DNA from: Gammaproteobacteria bacterium
GTDB taxonomy: Bacteria; Pseudomonadota; Gammaproteobacteria; SZUA-152
Reading direction: 5' to 3'
NCBI GenBank assembly: GCA_021647705.1
Contig: JAKIUF010000004.1
Span: 74,878-138,877 of the forward strand
DNA length: 64,000 nucleotides
Position numbers and translations under genes: made by a program. Each line of letters starts with the position of its first letter. Positions within the stretch are counted from its first letter, which is position 1. Shown here in pieces: positions 29,871 through 40,224 of the stretch. The notes beneath the pieces are model-generated. The model was given only the letters and a program-made list of their open reading frames with translations, had not been told where the DNA came from and ran no database searches.

Positions 29871-31116
29871 AACGCAATGCCTCCGCGGGTTGGGTGCGCG
29901 AGGCTCGCCAGGCCGGATACAAGGTCGCCAACACACTCAGTCCAAAGGAGATGGCGGAAATTTTGAACACATCATCCCAATGCAGCTCCGAGGGAAAGGT
30001 ATTGATGTAATACACATCCCCCGGCATGAACTGAATACCCAGCACCCCTTCCAGCCAACCCACCACAACATCGAGGTTAAGCGATAACGTGACGCCAAGC
30101 GCTGCGCCCAGTAATACGCCAATGATGCCAATCACTACGCCCTGTATAATGAAAATTGTCATAATAGAACCCGGTGTACTGCCCAGAGTGCGCAAAATGG
30201 CGATATCGGCCTGCTTGTCCGTCACCACCATCACCAACGTAGAAACGATATTAAACGCCGCCACGGCCACAATCAGCATCAAAATAATAAACATCATCAT
30301 TTTTTCAATTTTTACCGCACGGAACAGATTGGCATGCCGCATGGTCCAGTCGGAAATCCAGTAACCACCCGGCAATGCATCCGCCAGTTCATTACGCACA
30401 GGTACAGCCTCAAACATATCCGTCAGTTTCAAGCGCAGTCCGGTAACGCCATCCCCCATACGAAACAGGCGCGAAGCATCATCAAGATGAATCAGCGCCA
30501 GGGCGCTATCGTATTCATGCATGCCCACTTCAAAAATGCCCTTCACGGTAAAACGCTTCAAGCGCGGCAGAATGCCCGCCGGGGTATTACTGGCCTGCGG
30601 TGTCACCACGGTGACCTTGTCACCCAAAGCGGCGTTCAATTTACGCGCCAACCCCACCCCCAGTACGATGCCAAACTCCCCCGAGTGCAAATCATCCAAC
30701 TTGCCATAAATCATTTTCTGCCAGACATCTGACACCGCCGGATCACGATCAGGCAACACGCCGCGCAACAAACTGCCCTGCACTTGCGAACCAAAACTGA
30801 GCATCACCTCCTTGCGCACATAGGGTGCGAGCCCCACGACACGGGATTCATGTTTTTCGATAGCCTCCCCCAGCGCAGCCCAGTCCGTCAACGGCTCACT
30901 GCTCAAACGAGTGATGGTAATGTGCGAAGCCATGCCCAAAATGCGCTCGCGTAGTTCCTTTTCAAAGCCATTCATCACTGACAACACGGTAATCAGTGCC
31001 ATTACCCCAAGCACGATGCCCATCATGGATGTCAGGGAGATAAAAGAAATGAACTGGTTGCGACGTTTGGCGCGTAAATAACGCAGACCGATGTAAAGTT
31101 CCAGAGGTTTAAACAT
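29863..31116 (-). CDS. lolC: Lipoprotein-releasing ABC permease (single LolC/E type)
   Basis: [53 protein letters not shown]. Confidence 0.93.
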   Translation of the reverse strand: MFKPLELYIGLRYLRAKRRNQFISFISLTSMMGIVLGVMALITVLSVMNGFEKELRERILGMASHITITRLSSEPLTDWAALGEAIEKHESRVVGLAPYVRKEVMLSFGSQVQGSLLRGVLPDRDPAVSDVWQKMIYGKLDDLHSGEFGIVLGVGLARKLNAALGDKVTVVTPQASNTPAGILPRLKRFTVKGIFEVGMHEYDSALALIHLDDASRLFRMGDGVTGLRLKLTDMFEAVPVRNELADALPGGYWISDWTMRHANLFRAVKIEKMMMFIILMLIVAVAAFNIVSTLVMVVTDKQADIAILRTLGSTPGSIMTIFIIQGVVIGIIGVLLGAALGVTLSLNLDVVVGWLEGVLGIQFMPGDVYYINTFPSELHWDDVFKISAISFGLSVLATLYPAWRASRTQPAEALRYE

Positions 31117-31346
31117 GAGGTGCCAATGTGGTAACTGAATTTAGTAGTGACGGTAAATAATACAATGTGCCCGACCGAGCACTACCCGCGAGCGCCGATG
31201 TTAACACGCGACAATTGACAGAGGTACTCAGAGCCTTGCCCCGGTATGAAATGAATCAGGTGGAAAGGTGGACTTTTCCAATCGCACCAAGCTGTATACA
31301 CTGCAAGACGATTTACACCGTTTTGCACCCGTAAGCGAGGTTACCG

Positions 31347-32267
31347 ATGCGCCAATACCATTCGACACCCAAATACCCGCACAATTTCCGCCCGGTCGCG
31401 CTGCTGCTCGTCCTGCTGGGTCTGAGTGCCTGTGCCACTTCGGACAAAATGACAGACACCACCGCAAACGACACCACCCTGCAAACTGTCACACAGATAC
31501 CTGATACTGCACAGAACGACAACACTGGCACCACTACCGAATCAACAGACATTGAGCCTTCCGCGACAGAGTCCGCCATAAGCGAACCCGAACCCAGCAC
31601 ACAAGAGCCTGTCACTTCTCGCACGGAAACCGAGCCAGTCTCCATTGACGCTCCCTGCAAAAATTCGCCCTACAACAAATATGAAAAACAGTCACTCGCC
31701 AGCATTGCCAAGGGATTGAGCGCAACCACCGCAGGCACTTACGGCGTCGGTTTCCGAAATCTCGACGAACACAAAAAATGGAGCGACACTCATAATGCAT
31801 TGTTCAGCGCGGTTAATCAGGCCTGCACCACATTGAGCAAATGTGCAAAACAGCATCCAGAAGACAAAACAACAGAATGTGCAAAAGAGGCCAAACAGTT
31901 TGACGAATGGCAAAACCTAGCAGCACGCTTCGCAGAAAAGGCAAAACAAAGCGAAACCACACAACCTCCGAAAATTTGTTCTTTCACTGCAAACCTTGAT
32001 GATGCTGCCAATTGCTTTCATGCCCTGGCCGACAATATCGATAACACTTGCACCACCAGTGATTGCAAAAAAACCAGCAACTGTTGGCGAGGTATCGGTT
32101 TTCTCGACGGCGCGATCAATCAAGCCGTTTCTGCCTGCGCATTTGTACGCACACCATTAGCGGAATGTCATGGTTATGTGACGGCAACCCAGCGACGCAA
32201 AGACAAGTTTGAACGCTGCGTGCAGATGCAGAAAGGCCTCAATACACGTATTATTCCCGTGTTATAA
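31347..32267 (+). CDS. Cys-rich hypothetical lipoprotein
   Basis: Lipobox GLSAC, T/E/P/S-rich linker, C-terminal domain with 12 Cys. Confidence 0.75.
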   Translation: MRQYHSTPKYPHNFRPVALLLVLLGLSACATSDKMTDTTANDTTLQTVTQIPDTAQNDNTGTTTESTDIEPSATESAISEPEPSTQEPVTSRTETEPVSIDAPCKNSPYNKYEKQSLASIAKGLSATTAGTYGVGFRNLDEHKKWSDTHNALFSAVNQACTTLSKCAKQHPEDKTTECAKEAKQFDEWQNLAARFAEKAKQSETTQPPKICSFTANLDDAANCFHALADNIDNTCTTSDCKKTSNCWRGIGFLDGAINQAVSACAFVRTPLAECHGYVTATQRRKDKFERCVQMQKGLNTRIIPVL

Positions 32268-32305
32268 GCGTCATGCAGATATTAACGAGACGCGCGTGAG
32301 AAAAT

Positions 32306-32539
32306 TTACCGCCCTGAAACACCATAATCGATAACTGATTGTGTTCTGGCTTTTATTTTATCGGTGTGCGCCTGTCCATTTTTTGCATTAATGGCCATTT
32401 GATACTTTTCTTTAACGGTGGCTTTCTCAACATCAGTGAGCTTGTCCCACTCCGTTTTGGTGTGACCGAAATAACCCGTTGAACATCCCGGTAATAAAAC
32501 AATGATAAAAGCGAGCGAGTAATATTTAAGCATTTTCAT
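32306..32539 (-). CDS. Small hypothetical lipoprotein
   Basis: LLPGC lipobox after a hydrophobic signal peptide. Confidence 0.65.
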   Translation of the reverse strand: MKMLKYYSLAFIIVLLPGCSTGYFGHTKTEWDKLTDVEKATVKEKYQMAINAKNGQAHTDKIKARTQSVIDYGVSGR

Positions 32540-32585
32540 GACTATCCAAAAATTTGATCTGTTTATGTTAGCAACATCTGTCCTG

Positions 32586-33000
32586 TGATGTGAATTAAGG
32601 ACTCACTCTGCTCGCACTTTTTACTGAAAATACCGTCATCCCGTTGTTTTTCTCTGCGCCCTTTGCGCCTCTGCGACCTCTGCGTTAAATACTCGGTTAT
32701 TTTTTGAGCAACCCTGAGCGCTAAAATACCTTTTTAAACAATCATCGGATATGTAATATTAAAAAACACAATGGTTTCTGCTTTTAAATGATCTTTATGT
32801 TTAGGGCTTCGGCATTACCCCAAAACAATCCGTTTTCTCATATGAAATATGTAGGGTGGGCACGTTGTTTGTGCCCACGAGTTACAAGAAACCTTTCGGG
32901 GTGCCACGTGGGCAAAAAAACATGCCCACCCTACTTATGCTGCGTTAAATACCCATGATTTTTAAAAGTAACGTGCTTTAAAACTCCTCAATTCATATTA
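32586..33000. mobile_element. Composite MITE-like element with nested CGCAGAG half-repeat and GTAG REPIN (32851-32934)
   Basis: ATGTGAATTAAGG at the left end and TCAATTCATATTA at the right end, overlapping the stop of the 32998 gene. Confidence 0.7.
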
Positions 33001-34326
33001 TAAATACACTTTGGCTTGCAAAATATCTTCCAGCTTAACCGGGAAAGAAAACTCGCCATTTCCAAATCTCATCAAAATACGGATGCGTTCGTCATCCACA
33101 CTTTCCAGTTGCCCCTGACGGCGTTTTCCTATTGACGTTTCCACTTGAATATTTTTCCCGATATATCGGGAAAGCTGTGATTTTCGAACCTTTCGATATT
33201 CCCTTGTTTTTGCAGAACCTGCTTTTGCTGGAGGACTTACTCGGGCGGCAGTCGGGTTTGACGAGCGCCCTCCTCTAACATTAGCTGTATCATTTTTTCT
33301 TGCTGTTGTTTTGCCAGCCGAGACATTCCATTCAATTTGACTAAAATCAACATTGTTTCCGTTAATAACAACTTCCATACCAAGAATATCCAGAATATCA
33401 GCTGTTTCATAAAATTCCAGACCACTCAGCAGGGTAGACTCAGCAGGATTCAAGCTGGCAGTAAAGCGTCCTCCAGTGGTCAGAAACTGACGGTAGTCAT
33501 CCACAACTTTTTTCGGGAAAACTGCGCCAAGTTCTGCCGTCAACTGAGCAGTATTGGCATCAACATATTGTTCAATACTGCCTCCGTTTTGCTCCGCACA
33601 GTATCTGTTCCTGAGTTTATAATAGCCTGTATCGTTATACTCTATTTCCAATTTTGATATTTCAGGTTCGGTGGGTTGTAAACCTGCCGACTTCATTTGA
33701 TTCAAATCAAGTCTGGTCTGTACAATAAGGCCAACACTATAAAGGTCACTATCCTTAATACGCATCTCCACGTTCATTTGTCCTGATTTTTGCTCAAATT
33801 TCATGGCAACACTAAGATTCAATAGGTTGTAGCCCATCGCAGAAAGTTCATTAATACCAAATTTTTTAATATCTCCACAGCCCAGCGCATCCATTCGCTC
33901 AATTAAAAGTGGCTCTTCAGGTGTTTCTGACTCTATTGACTGTGCCTGCATGTCACCCAGCATCACGAATATTTCACTATCGATATCAATATTCGCGTTT
34001 TTCATTTCAAAGCCAACATACTCTGGAAACTCCCCGTCCTTAATACGGCTCCCCAACATAAAAATATCAAGAATATTGGGGGCAGAAAAATTTATTTCCT
34101 GAATAGTGAATTCATCTGAAGTCATTTTTGGCCGAATAACAACACCTGTTATACCGATGACACCATCCAGCAATGAACTGAATATTGAGTCATAGGTTAT
34201 ATCAACAAAAGGAGCCACCGTAACAATAGCATCATCAACATTACTCTTGATGTCATACCAGATATAGGCCTTGATACCGCCATATCCTAAAACAGGCAGA
34301 ATTAATAGTAATTTCAAAAAACGCAT
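32998..34326 (-). CDS. Hypothetical membrane-anchored periplasmic protein
   Basis: Long ORF; N-terminal TM (LLLILPVLGYGGIKAYIWY) from the ATG at 34326; small Sm/SH3-like basic C-terminal domain after a low-complexity linker. Confidence 0.75.
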   Translation of the reverse strand: MRFLKLLLILPVLGYGGIKAYIWYDIKSNVDDAIVTVAPFVDITYDSIFSSLLDGVIGITGVVIRPKMTSDEFTIQEINFSAPNILDIFMLGSRIKDGEFPEYVGFEMKNANIDIDSEIFVMLGDMQAQSIESETPEEPLLIERMDALGCGDIKKFGINELSAMGYNLLNLSVAMKFEQKSGQMNVEMRIKDSDLYSVGLIVQTRLDLNQMKSAGLQPTEPEISKLEIEYNDTGYYKLRNRYCAEQNGGSIEQYVDANTAQLTAELGAVFPKKVVDDYRQFLTTGGRFTASLNPAESTLLSGLEFYETADILDILGMEVVINGNNVDFSQIEWNVSAGKTTARKNDTANVRGGRSSNPTAARVSPPAKAGSAKTREYRKVRKSQLSRYIGKNIQVETSIGKRRQGQLESVDDERIRILMRFGNGEFSFPVKLEDILQAKVYL

Positions 34327-34679
34327 ATTGTTTTTCCTTTGGATTTCCTGAGGTCTAATTTCCTCAACGCACCTGTTTCTACCTAAACATTCACTTTTTG
34401 GGGATAGTACGAACACCATCATTGAGCAATACTGAAAGCGGATAAAGACAATCAGAACACCCATAGCAGGCAGTTTTTAGGTAATATGGCGCAGTATTAC
34501 TTATGAAAAATCGTGTATTATCAACAACTTTGCCAAAATAAAGCATCTCTACTCAGGCTTTATCGACATCCTGGCCTGTTACCTGAGGATCTTTGATTGC
34601 GGCGGCGAATATTGGACTCAATCTCAATTATCACCCTGCAACTTAACACCGGTATGAACCTGCCGATGACTAACATAAT

Positions 34680-36264
34680 ATGTTGATCATTCCCTACAGT
34701 GCTGAGCTGAGTCTGGCCAAACCTCCTTTGGTCACCTACGCTGTCATCCTACTGTGTTTGATCATTTATTATATGCAGGATACTAACCGTGCAGACATCA
34801 TTCAGGCAACCCAGCCATTTTGCAACCAGCTCTACGATGAAACCTTGGATCAGAACGATCTTGATTTCCTCAGCACCCAAAAATCCACCTGTGTCGGTTT
34901 TATCTACAATATGCACTCCCAACCGGATAAAAGCATTATTGACCACTGGATAAAAAAAGAAAATGACAAATCACACATATATTCTGATGAAGAACTAGAG
35001 GACGTAATACAGATAGCCAAACAACATTATAATAATTTCAGTCTGGAGGCACCGGCCAGCCTTGATGCCAAACTAATGTATAACCCGGCATCCTGGAACC
35101 CCATCAGAACAATATCCTCCGCACTTTCACATGCAAGCTGGTGGCATGTTATCGGCAATCTGATTTTCTTTTTTGCCTTCGCCGCCGCTATTGAAACATT
35201 GCTTGCTCGTAAACTGCACTATATCGGCTTTATGATAATGGTGGCATTAATCACCGATATCACCTATTCCCTCACCATCGCGATCAACAACTCTCCTCCC
35301 ATACCTTCTTTGGGATTATCTGGTGTGGTATCTGGCGTCATTGGTTTATCAGCCTTTTTGATGCCCAAAGCCCGTATTCGCACCTTTATCTGGGTGATCG
35401 TATTTTTTGTTAGGGCATTTCCAATGCCCGCTTGGATATTGGCACTCTGGTTTATTGGCTGGGATGCCTATAATCTGATGGCTTATTCAGACCACGGCGG
35501 GATCAATCTCGTTGCCCATGTCAGTGGAGGAGTAGCCGGTTACCTTTATGGCTTTTTCTTTTTAAAAAACCGCCGAGAGGAAATCCAGGATGAATTGAAT
35601 GATGAAATTGAATATATGAAAAGCACCCGCAATAAACAATTCGCTACCACAAACTCCTACAAACTCCTACAAAGGGGGAGACAAGTATCTACAAAATATC
35701 CGAGAGCAGGACGCAAAGCGAGAATACGCAAATTACAACCAAAAACTGTATCGATTAGTTAATGCTGGCAATAGCAGTGAAGCAATTATTCTGTTTCTGA
35801 AAGATTATGACCATTATAAAGATAGCATAGAAGTTTACGAAGAATTATTTCAGGAAATGGAAAAATGGCAGAAATGCCGTGCGTTACTATGCCTGGGCCG
35901 ACTTGTTATCAGCTTGTTCCTTGAGAAAAATAATAATAAAGATGCATTAAGAATCACAAAACGCTGCCTGGATATACAAGAGGACTTTGTGCTTTCCGAA
36001 CCGGCTGAAGCATTGAAACTCACTCTCTATGCTATAGATCTACAGCAATATCCGCTGGCTTTACGAGTTATTCGTAGAGCCGATCTACGCTACGGCGAGC
36101 ATATTGACTTGGTATACAGTCAGTTATTGGAGGCCAGACTGCTATTATTGCACTTGGACAATCGGAATGAAGCAAAAGCTGTCTTAAAAAGACTGATCGA
36201 AAAAAAACCGGACACATATCGAAAAGAGATTTCTACATTGATACAAATATATAAACACGGATAA
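34680..36264 (+). pseudogene. Rhomboid intramembrane serine protease with helical (TPR-like) C-terminus, split by a 10-bp duplication
   Basis: HA.WWHVIGN, GLSG, AHVSG rhomboid motifs. Tandem ACAAACTCCT x2 at 35649-35668; removing one copy gives a single 524-aa ORF. Confidence 0.88.
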
Positions 36265-36316
36265 ATTTAGCATCTTTAGAGGTCGGCATTAACACCCAAA
36301 TTCAAAGGACATGGCT

Positions 36317-36619
36317 TAAATGTGAATCAAGTATGAAAACACGCTACTTTTAAAAGTCACTGAGCATTTAACATAGAAATCGCAGAGACGCAGAGAGAAA
36401 CAACACTAAACACTCTGTGCACTTTGCGTCTCTGCGTCTCTGCGACCTCTGTGTTTATAACACGCCACTGAGCAATGCCACGACAACCTAACTTCCCAAT
36501 GTATTGGAACGCTTATCCGGGAATGTAAACCTCTGGAGGTCCGACTAAAAACAGGTCGGAATGATAGTGTTTTCAGCAAAAATAGCTAACAAAATTATTT
36601 AGCGTTTAATTCATATTTA
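36317..36619. mobile_element. MITE-like element with CGCAGAG palindrome
   Basis: TAAATGTGAATCAAG...TTAATTCATATTTA; the right end supplies the PAP2 stop; interior matches 14686-14908. Confidence 0.82.
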
Positions 36620-37309
36620 AAGAAATGACTTAAAGAGCCAAACAAAAGCCCTGCTGCTATTAAACATATCGGCAATTTGATAAGTAATTATAAAAAACAC
36701 AGGATAAAACATTTCGGGCCTGGCCTTTGGGAAATGATGAGCTGATTGAGCGAGCTTCTCAATAAAATTATTTGAGTTACACAGTAAAACAACGGCTATA
36801 CCAACAAATGCGCCGCCAATGATATCAGTAGGGTAATGTAGGCCCAAATATACCCGTGGAAAGGCTATAAATAGCGTTGTGTATACAAGCGAAAATATTC
36901 CAACTTTTTTAGATATATAAAACATTCCAGCGGATAAGGCATAAAATAATACTGCATGATCACTGGGAAATGAAGACCATCCTTCCAATGCTGTTATCTG
37001 CATAGTATAGGGAAGTGTAAAATCCAGGCTTTCCTCATGTATAGGACGAGGCCGGAACGGTAACAACATTGCCAAAGCTCTTGCTAAAACCATAGCAATA
37101 AAACAACTAAACAATGTAGAAATTAAATGTACCTGAACAGCCGATTGATTTTTATCAACCCGAAACCAACCCCACCAAAAAATAGCGAGCAAAACACCAC
37201 CTTTAACCAGGTGATTTTCTGAAATAAACTTTATTGTAGAATCAACAGTCCATGACTGTTGGGAAAATTGATTGAAAAAATCAATTATTATTGAGTCAAA
37301 TAAATTCAT
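36617..37309 (-). CDS. PAP2-family phosphatase (BcrC-like undecaprenyl-PP phosphatase)
   Basis: RPRP, SFPSDH, PRVYLGLHYPTDI.GG. Confidence 0.9.
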   Translation of the reverse strand: MNLFDSIIIDFFNQFSQQSWTVDSTIKFISENHLVKGGVLLAIFWWGWFRVDKNQSAVQVHLISTLFSCFIAMVLARALAMLLPFRPRPIHEESLDFTLPYTMQITALEGWSSFPSDHAVLFYALSAGMFYISKKVGIFSLVYTTLFIAFPRVYLGLHYPTDIIGGAFVGIAVVLLCNSNNFIEKLAQSAHHFPKARPEMFYPVFFIITYQIADMFNSSRAFVWLFKSFL

Positions 37310-37361
37310 TACAATCCCATCATTGCGTTTAAAAAAAGAAACTAAAATTATTATTAATATT

Positions 37362-38489
37362 TTATCTGCTACCGACTAACTCATAAATTTCATTCTTAAT
37401 ATTGCTGACATAGCTTTTCTCAGAAAACTTTTTATCAACCATTTCCTCACCGCACAATCCCATTTCCAACCTTAGCTTATTGGATGATGCAAGACGCTGT
37501 ATATATCTTGATAATTCATCTTTATTATTTTCTTTAAATAAAAATCCGGTTCGACTATGTATTATGGTTTCTTTTATGCCGGTGCCATTTGTACCTATAT
37601 TAGGCAACCTACAAGCCGATGCCTGCAATAATACCAAACCCAATCCTTCTTCATTTGAAGCCAATATATTGACATCAACAACTTGTAAAAAATATTCAGC
37701 CACACTATCGACATAACCTAAAAATAATATCGAATCTGTTAATCCTCTTTCTTTTACGATCGTTAGGTATTTTTCTTTTTCTGGGCCATCCCCAATAAAT
37801 ACAAGCTTAATATTAGGGTTTGTTTTTTTAACTTCTTCAAAAGCATTAATCACTAATCCAACGCCTTTATATTCCCCGACAAAACCAACCTGAGAAAATA
37901 CTACATCAGCAGAATCTATTCCCAATGCATTTCTATATCGGCATTCCCTTTTATTTTTTATTGCATACACATCAATATTATCAATACCAAGGTAAATGAC
38001 TTTACCGTCCAGGTTAGCCTTATATTTAGAATGATTTGCAGTGAATTGGCTTGGAAAAAATACTCTATCTGCCAATTTAACAAGCCAAATATAATAATAT
38101 CTTTTTGGTGCAGGATGATGAAACTGGCAAATAAGAGGGATTTTTATTATTTTCTTGAGTGGGACAGCTAATTGACAGGGTCTTCCACCATTAGCATAGA
38201 GTAAATCTATTTTTGACCTCTTACACAGGTTTAACAACCAACGAAAAGCACGGACATATTGAAATAACGGAAATGATGCGTAACTACCCTCAAACATAAA
38301 CTCAGGAAATTTTCGCAAATAACATTCAATATTAATTGATTTCAGTTTTAATAAAAAAACCTCGCTATCACAAACGACAATTGGATAAAAAACACTTTTA
38401 TCCAAGCTCTTAAGTACAGTAATAAGCGTGAACTCTGTTCCTCTTATTTGGTTTCCACCGCTATGTAAAAATAAAATATTTTTTTTCAT
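37362..38489 (-). CDS. GT4 family glycosyltransferase (AT-rich)
   Basis: RGTE, YKGV, IGDGP, EGLGLVLLQASA..LP.IGT..TG..E.I...TG.L. Confidence 0.9.
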   Translation of the reverse strand: MKKNILFLHSGGNQIRGTEFTLITVLKSLDKSVFYPIVVCDSEVFLLKLKSINIECYLRKFPEFMFEGSYASFPLFQYVRAFRWLLNLCKRSKIDLLYANGGRPCQLAVPLKKIIKIPLICQFHHPAPKRYYYIWLVKLADRVFFPSQFTANHSKYKANLDGKVIYLGIDNIDVYAIKNKRECRYRNALGIDSADVVFSQVGFVGEYKGVGLVINAFEEVKKTNPNIKLVFIGDGPEKEKYLTIVKERGLTDSILFLGYVDSVAEYFLQVVDVNILASNEEGLGLVLLQASACRLPNIGTNGTGIKETIIHSRTGFLFKENNKDELSRYIQRLASSNKLRLEMGLCGEEMVDKKFSEKSYVSNIKNEIYELVGSR

Positions 38490-38891
38490 TTATGTTTTAT
38501 CACTGTAAAAACCCAACAAATCACCCTACAGAAACCTGTAAAACAATCAGCCCGAGGAGACTAAATGAAATGCCATGCTTAATTTTATAGCTATAAATAA
38601 TAATCACTAATCTTCGTGTTTTGGTAAAAATAAACACAACCATAGAATAAATAAAGCATGAAATAAAATCGAAACGACTACGAGCAGTATAATATTTGTT
38701 TCTTCCCAGCCCCGATGAAGCACTAAAATTAATTCAATATGCTATAGAAGATCTACAACAATATCTACTTATGAATTAGTCATTAAAAAGAATGGGTGAG
38801 TAAATTTATTTACACTTAAAAGTTCAGTGATAATAAAAACGCGGATAAATTTCTATAAAAATACATACAACTGATTTTTTTGCAAAACCAT

Positions 38892-39007
38892 TCGCATTCT
38901 GCGATTACTCAAAGAAAGTTATCACTAACTCCGAGCATGAGATTAATATAATTCCTTGTTTTCATTGATCTAAAATAATTCTATTGCCTGCTGGCATGGT
39001 CTCTGCT
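38892..39007 (+). promoter_or_regulatory. sigma54 promoter and activator site for the sypA-like operon
   Basis: TGGCATGGTCTCTGCT (38992-39007; GG-N10-GC); TCGCA-TTC-TGCGA at 38892-38904. Confidence 0.8.
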
Positions 39008-39047
39008 CTATCCCTCCAAAACAAGCAAACTATTTTTGGAGGTGGTA

Positions 39048-39404
39048 ATGGACTTTGAATGTATCGACACGACCGATGGTGATCTGATCGTCAAGCTATG
39101 TGGTGAAATGGATGCCCTGGGCTGCACAAAGATACGCACCGAGCTGGAACAGATAACTAATACTGAAAATAGCAATGTGTCTCTTGACTTAAGTCAGGTG
39201 AGTTTTCTCGATTCCTCTGGAATTGGTGCTATCGTTTTTCTGTACAAACGCCTTAAAGCCCAGGGAAGAACACTGATTATTGTCGGCGTGCAAGGTCAGC
39301 CTCAAGAGCTAATGAAACTACTGCGTATCGATAGCGCTATCCCGGTCAGCGTGATGCCTGTTAATGAATTATATGACGCCACCCCTTTACAGAAAACACA
39401 CTAA
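39048..39404 (+). CDS. sypA: STAS anti-anti-sigma factor, SypA-like
   Basis: LDLSQVSFLDSSGIGAIVFLYKRL with the phospho-acceptor Ser, GQP.ELM.LLRI; first gene of a syp-like order. Confidence 0.85.
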   Translation: MDFECIDTTDGDLIVKLCGEMDALGCTKIRTELEQITNTENSNVSLDLSQVSFLDSSGIGAIVFLYKRLKAQGRTLIIVGVQGQPQELMKLLRIDSAIPVSVMPVNELYDATPLQKTH

Positions 39405-40219
39405 TGCACCAGTTAAGTATTAGCATTATTTGCTTTGCTTTGCTTGCTCTTGGTGGATGCGTGAATTGGCCTGTCGGGGGCCATGGTGGCATGGCTGAAC
39501 ATTATCAAGGAACACTAACCCCTGTTATGCCTGATCAACCACTAGGCCCGGAGCATGGCTTACGTTTTGATTTGGACCTGGCCCGCCAGCACCTGGACAT
39601 ACTCATACTGGAAGGTGCGGAATTGTGTTTTCCTGCAACGGTAATACAGGCCAGACAACGCCAAAATGATATCACTCGCGAGCTTTACGGTAATCTTGAT
39701 TTTGATGCGGCCAACAATCTGGTTGTGCAGCGTAAATTGTTGGCCCGTCTGGAGCGTCAACTTGACTATGTAAAACAACAAAGTGTTTGTATCCTGCCCA
39801 TAACTGAAGGCCAGGAAAAACCCGGAGATATTGGCAAGCATATCTATGATTTATTAAATGGTGATAATCAGTTTTCCGCTGACTCACCTGAGCTCAACCC
39901 CAAATATGTGGGCCAACTGGCTGAGGCTGCTCAACTGTTGCGCAACCAGCCGGGTTATCATTTGCGCATCATTGGTCATCCCGACACTTTGGAAAGACCG
40001 GAATATAATCGCAAACTCTCTTTGCAACGAGCCAAAAAGGTCGGACGTTATTTACAAGTTATGGGACTTCCCACTGAACGCATCCTGGTTGATGCAGTTG
40101 GTCCAGACCATCCATTATTGGCTACTGATGATAAACAGACACACACTCAACGGATAAACCGGCGTGTCAGTATTGAATTAATAGAAGCCCCGCCCTTGCC
40201 CCAAACAACCCGGAAATAA
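39404..40219 (+). CDS. sypB: OmpA-domain lipoprotein, SypB-like
   Basis: Lipobox LGGC, PEHGLRFD, GA..CFPATV, IIGH.D...YN..LS.QRA, NRRV. Confidence 0.8.
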   Translation: MHQLSISIICFALLALGGCVNWPVGGHGGMAEHYQGTLTPVMPDQPLGPEHGLRFDLDLARQHLDILILEGAELCFPATVIQARQRQNDITRELYGNLDFDAANNLVVQRKLLARLERQLDYVKQQSVCILPITEGQEKPGDIGKHIYDLLNGDNQFSADSPELNPKYVGQLAEAAQLLRNQPGYHLRIIGHPDTLERPEYNRKLSLQRAKKVGRYLQVMGLPTERILVDAVGPDHPLLATDDKQTHTQRINRRVSIELIEAPPLPQTTRK

Positions 40220-40224
40220 ACACA

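Noticed and set aside
10363..31000. Numerous antisense or alternate-frame ORFs over core genes
   Set aside because: Shadow ORFs of GC-richer, well-supported coding sequences.
12030..36460. CRISPR array from recurring CTCTGCG repeats
   Set aside because: These are dispersed inverted repeats with no regular repeat-spacer period, and no cas genes are present.
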